A DNA stretch of 64,000 nt from sequence record PP400788; one strand, written 5' to 3'. The number at the start of each line of letters is the position of its first letter. Position 1 is the first letter of the stretch. The position numbers and the translations under genes were made by a program. Below the pieces are notes generated by a model. It had not been told where the DNA came from and searched no databases. It saw only the letters and a list, made by a program, of their open reading frames with translations. Positions 33,004 to 41,267 of this stretch are shown piece by piece. This DNA comes from Escherichia phage FL33.

Positions 33004-33276
33004 TTATTTGTTTGTATACATCTCTAGATATCGATATACACCTTCAAAACCCTCGTTGAATTCGTCGATGAGGGTTTTCTTATCTTCTTGAGTTAATTCA
33101 GAAACAATTTTACGGAATGAATTCTGATTTAATTTTCTACCTTCATGCGTTACTCCAATCTCATTCAGAAATGCAATAAAATTAGCACGATTCTCAACAA
33201 TATCTTCTCTGGAAAATTTAATCAAAATAGATGCAACAGTAATAATTTCACGAACTGTATCAATGTTTTTATTCAT
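33004..33276 (-). CDS. asiA: AsiA anti-sigma70 factor
   Basis: 90-aa ORF MNKNIDTVREIITVASILIKFSREDIVENRANFIAFLNEIG... matches remembered T4 AsiA. Confidence 0.92.
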   Translation of the reverse strand: MNKNIDTVREIITVASILIKFSREDIVENRANFIAFLNEIGVTHEGRKLNQNSFRKIVSELTQEDKKTLIDEFNEGFEGVYRYLEMYTNK

Positions 33277-33512
33277 TAACTATACCACTCAATTAGTTGA
33301 CTTTGTTATAATATCATCAGACGTTTGATTTGTAAACTGGTCTGTGCTATTTTCTTCAAAAATTTTTTCTACGAATTCCTTGAACGACTTACGTTCCTGA
33401 GCTACATTATGCTCGATTACCTTTTCAAGATTATGACTCATTCGAAATAATCTTCAATTTCATAATCATGGACATAAATCATTATAGTTTTTAATACATC
33501 ATCAATACTTTT

Positions 33513-33716
33513 TCATGGAGCTGGAATTACGTAAAAATATCCTGCTTTTGAGAGGTCTTTATAAGTTCCAATCAAGAAATCATTATTCTCAAGATGTAGT
33601 TCTTCAACTAATTCATTGACAATTGAATGGTATAAATTTGGTAGAAACTTATATAGCTTTTCTAAAATATCAATTTTGATTGTGTATTGAACCACGGACT
33701 GAGAATCAATAATCAT
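33513..33716 (-). CDS. hypothetical protein (asiA-motA interval)
   Basis: 67-aa ORF. Confidence 0.45.
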   Translation of the reverse strand: MIIDSQSVVQYTIKIDILEKLYKFLPNLYHSIVNELVEELHLENNDFLIGTYKDLSKAGYFYVIPAP

Positions 33717-33799
33717 AGACCTTCCCCTTATGTTTCTGTTTGCGATTAGATTCTTTAAACGCTTTCTTCTTATCCTTATGAACAGAAGCTTTATTAAAA

Positions 33800-34018
33800 T
33801 TATGTTTTGCGACTAAATTGTTCATAGTGCTGAATTACCTCTCTTAAACATTTGCATGTGAATGAAAACTTTTTAGCTACACCACATTCAAATATATGTT
33901 CTCTTAAATCACGTGTATCGGTATATCCCATCTCAACAATAAAATGCCGTATTAAATTTTTATCTTTATCATTGAGAGAATTAAAATAGTCAGATTTTGA
34001 ATTAATTTCCCTGGCCAA
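33800..34018 (-). CDS. hypothetical protein (asiA-motA interval)
   Basis: 72-aa ORF. Confidence 0.5.
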   Translation of the reverse strand: MAREINSKSDYFNSLNDKDKNLIRHFIVEMGYTDTRDLREHIFECGVAKKFSFTCKCLREVIQHYEQFSRKT

Positions 34019-34298
34019 ATTGAATCACCTTCAGTTGACGTTTTAGCTCTTTTATCATCTCTTCGTTCATCGCAATATAAAGATCGCGTAAAGCAGGTTT
34101 TAGCATTCCATTTACCGGAGAACTAAATGGGCATACATAATCTTTTCCTACAAGCTTTTTGGTAAATTCCATATCACAAAATTTAAATGCTGGCTCATTC
34201 GCATAAATTCCCCAATTGGTTGACATCATTTTATTAGCATATTCCAGTGCCTGGATTTGATTCATAATTCCATCAATTTGAAACTTTTTAATATTCAT
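34002..34298 (-). CDS. hypothetical protein (asiA-motA interval; possible arn equivalent)
   Basis: 98-aa ORF; name not verified. Confidence 0.5.
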   Translation of the reverse strand: MNIKKFQIDGIMNQIQALEYANKMMSTNWGIYANEPAFKFCDMEFTKKLVGKDYVCPFSSPVNGMLKPALRDLYIAMNEEMIKELKRQLKVIQFGQGN

Positions 34299-34759
34299 TA
34301 GTAAAGGTCCTCAGAGTAAAGTTCTTTTTCACTACCACCACGTTCAATACGTACTTGTCCAGCGTAAGTTGCAATAATCATTGCTTCTTCACGTGTCCAA
34401 TAATTACTATATTGGTCAATAAACCCTTGGTCATCATCACAAACTTGTTGAGTAACTAATTGAGGTTTAACTACATCTAAAACTTCTGCCATATCTTTAG
34501 AATAATGACGAGCACCTGGAATAATAAGAGTTCGTCCATCTTTTAATTTAAAACGGTTGGCTGCGCAAACAATTCGTCGTTGATACTTTTGGTTTTCATC
34601 CCAATACGCAGTCTGCCAACAGATTTCAGGAACTTCTTTCAGAATATCTTCTTCTGTGCATTTATAACCGTGTGCTTTAAATTTTTGAACAAGACTTTCT
34701 GGAGTCTCACGAGATAAAGGAACATTCAGCATTTTTAAACGATTAATAAATGGGTTCAT
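34298..34759 (-). CDS. hypothetical protein (asiA-motA interval)
   Basis: 153-aa ORF. Confidence 0.55.
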   Translation of the reverse strand: MNPFINRLKMLNVPLSRETPESLVQKFKAHGYKCTEEDILKEVPEICWQTAYWDENQKYQRRIVCAANRFKLKDGRTLIIPGARHYSKDMAEVLDVVKPQLVTQQVCDDDQGFIDQYSNYWTREEAMIIATYAGQVRIERGGSEKELYSEDLY

Positions 34760-35085
34760 TTAAACCATCCTTTAATACGTTGCCACAAAGTTTTCTGTTG
34801 AGCTTTGTTAACACCAATTGAACGAATAACCGGTTGAGATTCCTGGAATTCTTTATAATCAGCAAGGTAAATTTCGTAAGCTGCATCTGTAAAGGAACTT
34901 ATCGCTGCCATAAAATTATTGCGAATACCTACTGGAGCATCTTTACTTTCACGAATAATCATGTATTTACCAGTCTTAATCTTTACGATAGTTCCAAGAT
35001 AAGCTCCATGATACCAGATGTCCCAACCCTCTTGAGTGGGTTCTGCACAACGACGAAGTTCATTGACAATTTCTAACTTGTTCAT
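34756..35085 (-). CDS. hypothetical protein (asiA-motA interval)
   Basis: 109-aa ORF. Confidence 0.55.
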   Translation of the reverse strand: MNKLEIVNELRRCAEPTQEGWDIWYHGAYLGTIVKIKTGKYMIIRESKDAPVGIRNNFMAAISSFTDAAYEIYLADYKEFQESQPVIRSIGVNKAQQKTLWQRIKGWFK

Positions 35086-35095
35086 TATTTATTCC

Positions 35096-35731
35096 TCACA
35101 GTTCAGATGCTACAGTGATTACAGCTTCAATGTTTTCTGCTGAGCGTTTAATGTCAAGATACACATTACCGTTTTTAGCGATTTTACAAGACATTCCGAT
35201 ATCAGTAAATTTCTGAATATGATGTTCCATCATTTTGTATCCAAAAATTCGCATGTTTCCATTGTTGTTAATTTCAAAATTGCGAATTCCGTGAGTGCGT
35301 TTTTCTAAAATAGCAAGATAGTTACTGCGGTAAGTTTCAACCTTTTTAAGAACAAATCCATTTTCATCTAAAAGTTTTAACATGAGGTCTTTATCTTCTT
35401 CCATATCAGAAGTAATCTCACGAGCTTTACGAGTAGCACGTTTTTTCAGAAGTTCTGGAGCATTTTCCTGTGCATATAAAGTTGCTGCATTTGAAATAAT
35501 ATCTTGCGCTTCGCCTGTAATGATTAATCCATCACCTGATTTCTCTACCAGGCCTTTTTTAATTAATACCCCAATATTACTATTAACTACTGCGTTACCT
35601 AAATCTGGATGCACCTCACGAACTTCTGCAGCTGTAATGAAATCTTTCTTAGCAATAGTAATTAAAATCGCAGCAGTTTTTTCATTCAGAACATCGTTAG
35701 AAGCTTTGATGATGTAAGTTACTTTAGACAT
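35096..35731 (-). CDS. motA: MotA middle-transcription activator
   Basis: 211-aa ORF (T4 MotA 211 aa); downstream of early promoter 35773-35802. Confidence 0.88.
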   Translation of the reverse strand: MSKVTYIIKASNDVLNEKTAAILITIAKKDFITAAEVREVHPDLGNAVVNSNIGVLIKKGLVEKSGDGLIITGEAQDIISNAATLYAQENAPELLKKRATRKAREITSDMEEDKDLMLKLLDENGFVLKKVETYRSNYLAILEKRTHGIRNFEINNNGNMRIFGYKMMEHHIQKFTDIGMSCKIAKNGNVYLDIKRSAENIEAVITVASEL

Positions 35732-35772
35732 TTTCTAATCTCCGTAATTCTGTATCAGTAGTTGATAGTTGT

Positions 35773-35802
35773 ATAGTACCACAGTATGCTTTGGTTGTAA
35801 AC
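35773..35802 (-). promoter_or_regulatory. T4-type early promoter upstream of motA
   Basis: GTTTACA ... 18 nt ... TACTAT with extended TG; A-rich UP-like element upstream. Confidence 0.6.
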
Positions 35803-35827
35803 CGTTTTGTGAAAAAAATTTTTGAAA

Positions 35828-35856
35828 TAAAAAAGGGAGAGCCGAGGCTCTCCCTA
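35828..35856 (-). terminator. intrinsic terminator
   Basis: Minus strand GGGAGAGCC-UCGG-CUCUCCC followed by UUUUUAUUU. Confidence 0.7.
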
Positions 35857-35859
35857 AAA

Positions 35860-36009
35860 TTATTGCATGACTGTGATAACTGTCATGATAACACGTTGAA
35901 TGCCGAACGCAAGAAGACCTCCTGCTACGGCTGGAACAACACCTAAACCCGCCAGTAAAATGCTACCGGATACTAATGCAGCGCTTGTAATACCTATGAA
36001 TGGACTCAT
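35860..36009 (-). CDS. small hydrophobic membrane protein (sub-threshold ORF)
   Basis: 49-aa ORF MSPFIGITSAALVSGSILLAGLGVVPAVAGGLLAFGIQRVIMTVITVMQ; ATG overlaps gene 52 stop (ATGA). Confidence 0.55.
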   Translation of the reverse strand: MSPFIGITSAALVSGSILLAGLGVVPAVAGGLLAFGIQRVIMTVITVMQ

Positions 36010-37334
36010 TTGATTTCCTCTAAATCTTTGGTGTATTCTGTAACTACATCAGTAGTTTTCCAATATTCGTTTTCTTCTTTTTTAGCTTTAGCTTCTTCAG
36101 CAAGTTTCTTTGCTTCATCAGAAGTCATATGAAAAATATTCATACCAACTAGTTTATCAACATAAGAAGAATACATATCAATTTTAGAAAGTTCTTCGGT
36201 CAGTTCTTTACGAGTTTTACCTTGAACAACAATTTCACCTGAAATTACTTTCTTAATGAAATGCGCCTTGGCAAAGGCTAAACGAAAAGCTGACTCAGTT
36301 TCTTTGATTTTGTTATCAATTCGTTTTTGGACATAAGTTTTACGAACTTCAACAAAGTCTTTAATTAAATCGACTACGTTATCGTAAACTTGTAGCTTTC
36401 CTTTCTCATTAATAACCGTAATATTCTGAGAACGACGCTCAATCAACCCGAAGTCTTTCATAATTTTCGCGTGACGTTCTTCTTCGTTATCGCTCAAAGC
36501 GTATTCTTTGCGGAATTTAACTTTAAAGCCAAAACCATGCTCACCACAAGCATCATCCCATGTAATGAAGCCTTTATCTTCAAGTGGATCTAAAATTTTG
36601 CTCACATAAGTTTCACGATCATACTTATACGGAATCTCAGTGATATGCATTTGAGTTCGTGAAGTAAACTTATATGTTCCACGAATTTCATATTGTCCAT
36701 CAATTTCAACGACTTCACCACGAAATTCTGGGAATTCTACCTTCGGTTTAGTTACTTTCTTTCCTTGAAGAGCTTGTAGTACAGCTTTCTTGACAGAAGA
36801 AACACTATGAGGAAGAATGTAAGTTGCATAACCAGTTGCAATACCGGAAACGCCATTAAGAAGAACAGTAGGAATAATAGGCAAATAGAAAGCAGGCGGA
36901 ATGTGTTCTTTATCTTGATGTACCGGAGCATATTCAGTATCTTTATATACGTTATAGAAATTTTTACTTACACGAGCAAAAATATAACGACTTGCCGCTG
37001 CCTTTTGGACAGTACGAGAACCAAAGTTTCCTTGACCATCTAATAGAGGAAAGTTATTATTCCAAGTATTAGCCATCAAAGCACCTGCGTCTTGCGCAGA
37101 GTTTTCACCATGATGATATCCAAGGTCCGCTACACCGCCTGCGATAGAAGCGAGTTTGTGAAACTTATCTTTATTTCCTCGTGCCAAATCAAGAGCTCGA
37201 GCAATAACAAATCGTTGAACTGGCTTAAATCCGTCAATCATATTTGGGATAGCACGATTTTCAACCGTGTACATAGCATAAGCCAATGCTTCATTATCAA
37301 TGATACTTTTTAAATCGCGATTATTCAGTTGCAT
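36006..37334 (-). CDS. 52: gp52 topoisomerase II medium subunit (GyrA-like)
   Basis: 442-aa ORF; GyrA N-terminal signature RAIPNMIDGFKPVQRFV; T4 gp52 is 442 aa. Confidence 0.92.
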   Translation of the reverse strand: MQLNNRDLKSIIDNEALAYAMYTVENRAIPNMIDGFKPVQRFVIARALDLARGNKDKFHKLASIAGGVADLGYHHGENSAQDAGALMANTWNNNFPLLDGQGNFGSRTVQKAAASRYIFARVSKNFYNVYKDTEYAPVHQDKEHIPPAFYLPIIPTVLLNGVSGIATGYATYILPHSVSSVKKAVLQALQGKKVTKPKVEFPEFRGEVVEIDGQYEIRGTYKFTSRTQMHITEIPYKYDRETYVSKILDPLEDKGFITWDDACGEHGFGFKVKFRKEYALSDNEEERHAKIMKDFGLIERRSQNITVINEKGKLQVYDNVVDLIKDFVEVRKTYVQKRIDNKIKETESAFRLAFAKAHFIKKVISGEIVVQGKTRKELTEELSKIDMYSSYVDKLVGMNIFHMTSDEAKKLAEEAKAKKEENEYWKTTDVVTEYTKDLEEIK

Positions 37335-37338
37335 AAAT

Positions 37339-37479
37339 TTACCATACTAGTGAATGTAGTGCCATAATAACATCAGAAATGAAAAGCACGACTTGAATTA
37401 ATCCGAACATTACTCCATAATATAACGCTATTAATAAAATAGCAAGGGCTAATGAATAGCCCAAGATTTTCTTAATCAT
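37339..37479 (-). CDS. small membrane protein (positional equivalent of T4 52.1)
   Basis: 46-aa hydrophobic [32 protein letters not shown]...; below ORF-track threshold. Confidence 0.5.
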   Translation of the reverse strand: MIKKILGYSLALAILLIALYYGVMFGLIQVVLFISDVIMALHSLVW

Positions 37480-37630
37480 TAGTAGATAACAACACAAATG
37501 TTAAATATGCACACATACCCTGGGCTAAAGCTTGTGAAAACACACTGCTAGCATCGATACAGATAGTTAAAACACATGCTACTATCCAACAAATAAATGA
37601 AATAACTCCTAATAATTTTGCGATATTCAT
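37472..37630 (-). CDS. ac: small membrane protein, probable Ac (acridine sensitivity)
   Basis: 52-aa hydrophobic [27 protein letters not shown]...; ATG overlaps stp stop; T4 ac is about 51 aa at this position. Confidence 0.55.
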   Translation of the reverse strand: MNIAKLLGVISFICWIVACVLTICIDASSVFSQALAQGMCAYLTFVLLSTND

Positions 37631-37716
37631 ATTTTCCTCTGGCGTCCGAAGACGCCTTTGATTTTAAGATTGTTACGATAAAACTGCATCACATGTTCGT
37701 TATGGAAATTACTCAT
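37627..37716 (-). CDS. stp: Stp peptide (modulator of host restriction/anticodon nuclease)
   Basis: 29-aa [32 protein letters not shown], near-identical to remembered T4 Stp (26 aa). Confidence 0.7.
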   Translation of the reverse strand: MSNFHNEHVMQFYRNNLKIKGVFGRQRKI

Positions 37717-38163
37717 TAATATGCCTGCAAAACAAATTTAAAGTTATCAGCCAACATACGGTTCATTTCTTCAAGTGTTTGATACTCAGAATGATGATTA
37801 CGAGTAAACGCTAAAGCTAACTGTCCTTTTCCAAATCCCGTCGTCAGAGGTTTCATCTTAGAAGCAGGCAGATAAAATACTGTGTATGGAACATTGTTAT
37901 TTGCAATAGTACGTGCAAGCTGAGACCGACGTTGACGAATATGACTTAGAACTGCGCTGAATCCTTGCTTAGAACGTTGATTACCTACATAAAATCGTGC
38001 AGACACACATGGATTACTAAATGGACGACCATCTAATTTACTTACTAAAAAGTTTAGATAAAATATCTTTATGTGGAACTCCCAAAAACCATTCACCGTT
38101 CTTGATTGTACCAATAACAGTAGCGCCTGCGTTGTTCAGATCAGTAACAGTCATATATTTCAT
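37716..38163 (-). pseudogene. ndd: ndd (nucleoid disruption) apparently frameshifted
   Basis: SD+ATG at 38163 opens a 41-codon ORF ([37 protein letters not shown]...) that stops at 38038; the +1 frame continues 111 aa ([14 protein letters not shown]...FVLQAY) to 37716; combined about 151 aa. Confidence 0.6.
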
Positions 38164-38223
38164 ATTAATTTCCTCTAAATTATTTTCTACTCCAAGGCCG
38201 CATGAATACACACGGCCATTAAA

Positions 38224-38439
38224 TTACTCGTCGCAGTCGACGCTCAATTCCCAGAATTCTTCTACGGTATAAGTTTCAGTATCATTTTCAATACAGAAAC
38301 GTTCATTACTATTATTTGCTAAAGTAGCATTAACTGTCGGTTTCTCGCTAGTGCTCTTAAGAGGTGAAATACGAATTAACTGATCACCGTTATCTAAACA
38401 AAAAATTTCACCAACTTTTACATCTTTAAAAATTTTCAT
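38224..38439 (-). CDS. hypothetical protein (ndd-denB interval)
   Basis: 71-aa ORF. Confidence 0.5.
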   Translation of the reverse strand: MKIFKDVKVGEIFCLDNGDQLIRISPLKSTSEKPTVNATLANNSNERFCIENDTETYTVEEFWELSVDCDE

Positions 38440-38554
38440 AATTCACCTCAAGGAGTATAAAATCCAAATGCAGTTGTTGACCATCCCATCCAATATGGGA
38501 AATTTGCACCAATGTAAAACATAAGAATATAAAACCAACCGCTCAGCAAATTCA

Positions 38555-38773
38555 TCATTTTACACCATTCCAAATTGTTTCAACTACGGATTTTAAACCA
38601 TTTTGATGAATATCAATTCCGACTACTGTCATCAAATAGATTCCAACTACAACTGAACCTAAGGCAAAAATCAGCATGAAAATGAATAAAGCCGGAAAAA
38701 TATTATCGAAAAACCATTCAATAAATGTAAAAGCACTGCGTTTACGCTTCATATTTTCCTCACATAAATCCAA
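38555..38773 (-). CDS. hypothetical membrane protein
   Basis: 72-aa ORF with hydrophobic helix. Confidence 0.5.
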   Translation of the reverse strand: MDLCEENMKRKRSAFTFIEWFFDNIFPALFIFMLIFALGSVVVGIYLMTVVGIDIHQNGLKSVVETIWNGVK

Positions 38774-39008
38774 AGTAAACGTTTAATACATCAATCATTA
38801 AAACGATTGGGAATATACTCAAAACTACTAGTATTATAACTACATTCCATATAGCTTTAATAATCTTTTTCATTTTCTGTTCCTCCGTAGTTGATAATTG
38901 TATAGTACCACGGAAGAACAGTCTTGTAAACAACTTTTTTAAAAATATTCGTAATAAATGTGAATACCAACTACTACCGCTGAAACCTGTGCAACCCACC
39001 ACGCACAA
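38760..39008 (-). CDS. hypothetical membrane protein
   Basis: 82-aa ORF, C-terminal hydrophobic helix. Confidence 0.5.
   Translation of the reverse strand: MCVVGCTGFSGSSWYSHLLRIFLKKLFTRLFFRGTIQLSTTEEQKMKKIIKAIWNVVIILVVLSIFPIVLMIDVLNVYFGFM
38902..38931 (-). promoter_or_regulatory. T4-type early promoter
   Basis: GTTTACA ... TACTAT on minus strand. Confidence 0.6.
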
Positions 39009-39113
39009 GCAATAAGTACAGAATTCAAAATTTTCATAATAACCTCATTACAAAAGTAAATGTTAAACAAATTACTGGAATACTAATTAACCAAACAAAA
39101 CACCACAGTGAAC

Positions 39114-39377
39114 TCATAGTTCAATCTCAGCGATTTTCATTTCATTACTATTAATAGCCGCTTTAAGACTATCTGAAAGAATTACATTCCAATGGTCATT
39201 CATATGACCACTAACTAAGCGTGTAATTTCTTCGGGAGTTGAAAAATAAGGCGTATCAGACTCCCAATGTGATAGTCCCAAACGAGTATAAATCATACCT
39301 TCATCATCGCTAGAATATTCAACTGACACAAACTCATCAGTTATTTTATGTTTAGCGTAATAAAATTTAAATTTCAT
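39114..39377 (-). CDS. hypothetical protein
   Basis: 87-aa ORF downstream of early promoter 39405-39434. Confidence 0.55.
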   Translation of the reverse strand: MKFKFYYAKHKITDEFVSVEYSSDDEGMIYTRLGLSHWESDTPYFSTPEEITRLVSGHMNDHWNVILSDSLKAAINSNEMKIAEIEL

Positions 39378-39404
39378 TTTTACTCCTCCGTAGCTGATAG
39401 TTGT

Positions 39405-39434
39405 ATAGTACCACGGTCCTTGTGGTATGTAAAC
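39405..39434 (-). promoter_or_regulatory. T4-type early promoter
   Basis: GTTTACA ... TACTAT on minus strand. Confidence 0.6.
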
Positions 39435-39450
39435 CGTTTTGTGAAAATTT

Positions 39451-40008
39451 TTAAATGGAAAGATACCATCCGTTGTAGTTGCTTTTTCTTACAACCTTAC
39501 GAAGGTCTTCTCTATCACCGATGAACTTCGGAGTGTACTGGATGACACCTGGATGAATTTCTTTAGTGTTGAATATAATTATACAGTCAGCGACCTGATG
39601 ATTCAGAATGGGCCCTAGATTTATTCCAGAACCGTATGGATACTCTCCGCTGCATCCGGTTGTTACTGAAATCCAACGTGAGTCAGTTTGATGTGTTTTG
39701 ACTTCTACACGAAGCCCGCAGTATTTTGGATGCGCTAATACATCCCATGCGTACGTATATGGGTCATTAACATCCTCTTGACCTTTATTAACATACCCGC
39801 TCAGCCAATCGGCTACAAAAAACTCTGCATACACAGCGATACGACATCTTTCAATAACTTCTGCTTTATCCTGATTAGGATTTTGTTTTAAAGAGTATCT
39901 TGCTGTATCAGCAATTTTGACCTTCATTTCACTAGTCAAATCATTGTTCGATAGGGTAAATGTTGGAATCTGAAATAGTCTCTGTAAACCCGGATTCGTT
40001 TTCTGCAT
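39451..40008 (-). CDS. denB: endonuclease IV (dC-specific ssDNA endonuclease)
   Basis: 185-aa ORF at the denB position upstream of ndd; T4 DenB is 185 aa. Confidence 0.75.
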   Translation of the reverse strand: MQKTNPGLQRLFQIPTFTLSNNDLTSEMKVKIADTARYSLKQNPNQDKAEVIERCRIAVYAEFFVADWLSGYVNKGQEDVNDPYTYAWDVLAHPKYCGLRVEVKTHQTDSRWISVTTGCSGEYPYGSGINLGPILNHQVADCIIIFNTKEIHPGVIQYTPKFIGDREDLRKVVRKSNYNGWYLSI

Positions 40009-40072
40009 TAAACTTTCCTTTCACGTCGGAATCACTGATATTCATATAATAAATCATAGTTTCTCTTAAAAC

Positions 40073-40091
40073 AAAAGGGCCGAAGCCCTTT
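40073..40091 (-). other. C(UUCG)G tetraloop hairpin (intercistronic mRNA stability element)
   Basis: Minus strand AAAGGGCUUCGGCCCUUU; the same 12-nt core also occurs at 40306-40317 and 45586-45597, and a GGGGCUUCGGCCCC variant at 1230-1243. Confidence 0.6.
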
Positions 40092-40094
40092 ATT

Positions 40095-40289
40095 TTATTT
40101 GAATTGTGCAATTCTTTTCTCTAAACAATCTGCATAAGATTTCATTGAGATAAACTGCGAAAGCAACAGTTCTTGCTCAACTGCATTAACCGTTGAAAAC
40201 TTTTCACTTTCTAAAAATTTGCTCAATGCATTAATTTTGAGCATTAATTGATCGTATTCTTCTTTTACTCGTGCTTGATAACCTAACAT
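40095..40289 (-). CDS. hypothetical protein (positional equivalent of T4 denB.1)
   Basis: 64-aa ORF flanked by CUUCGG hairpins. Confidence 0.5.
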   Translation of the reverse strand: MLGYQARVKEEYDQLMLKINALSKFLESEKFSTVNAVEQELLLSQFISMKSYADCLEKRIAQFK

Positions 40290-40317
40290 AATTTTCCTCA
40301 GTTAAGGGCCGAAGCCC

Positions 40318-41256
40318 TTATTTAAATTGTTCAGTAACGTCTTCAACTACTTCGTATTGGCAGGTACGCATTTTAGCATCGTTGTAATCAATTGGAATTG
40401 ATACTACATCACGAGGATGCACTTTAACTTTTACAACTCGACTAGTTGAACTGCCAAAGTGACGAATATAAGATTTAGAACACACATGCAGACCACGAGA
40501 ACAAGTTTGTGTATCATCGTCATTCACACGAGTGCGTGGCATTTTAACTACTTTACCAGGACTGTTATCAAAAGTATTTGAGTGACAGTCAAAGTAATTG
40601 CTGCGAACTACTTTCCAAGCATAGAAGTAGCCATCTTCTGTAATTTCAATATCGTTTGCTACCAAGAAATCAAAGAGTCGAGATACCGCTTTTTGGCTCG
40701 GGTTTTCCAACAGATTTTCCAAGAACGGAAAATAAAATTCAAAGTTTTCGCCTTTTTCCATCGAATCAAGAATACGATCAACTAAACCAGACCGCAATTC
40801 AATGTTTTGATAGAACAAGCTTCCACCTTCAATTCGAACATCACCGGAAATATATTTTTCAACAGCGCGACGAACGTTAATTTTTTGTGCTGCTTCTTCC
40901 AATTTATCTGCAACAAGCAGATTAAGAATTTCCTGGAAGTTTGAATGAGTATTAGGAGTTGCGTTATAAGTTACACCGTCAACAGTAATTGAAATGAATT
41001 TTTTAGATGCATTCCAAATAATGTCAGATTTAGCAACTGGAGCAATAGCTACATCACTCTTAACTTCAACTGTAATGTCACCGCTAATGGTAACTTTGGA
41101 GCGCTCAGCTTCTTCAGCATTTTTCAAAACACGACGGATGGTGTCAACCGATACACCTTGCCAATCAGCCAATTCCTGTTGGGTGTAATTACCACTTGAA
41201 TACAGTTTGACAATTTCAGCTTGTTCGTTTTTGGTCAGGCATTTAATATTGTACAT
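40318..41256 (-). CDS. rIIB: rIIB
   Basis: 312-aa ORF MYNIKCLTKNEQAEIVKLYSSGNYTQQELADW...; T4 rIIB is 312 aa. Confidence 0.9.
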   Translation of the reverse strand: MYNIKCLTKNEQAEIVKLYSSGNYTQQELADWQGVSVDTIRRVLKNAEEAERSKVTISGDITVEVKSDVAIAPVAKSDIIWNASKKFISITVDGVTYNATPNTHSNFQEILNLLVADKLEEAAQKINVRRAVEKYISGDVRIEGGSLFYQNIELRSGLVDRILDSMEKGENFEFYFPFLENLLENPSQKAVSRLFDFLVANDIEITEDGYFYAWKVVRSNYFDCHSNTFDNSPGKVVKMPRTRVNDDDTQTCSRGLHVCSKSYIRHFGSSTSRVVKVKVHPRDVVSIPIDYNDAKMRTCQYEVVEDVTEQFK

Positions 41257-41267
41257 AATTTTCCTTA

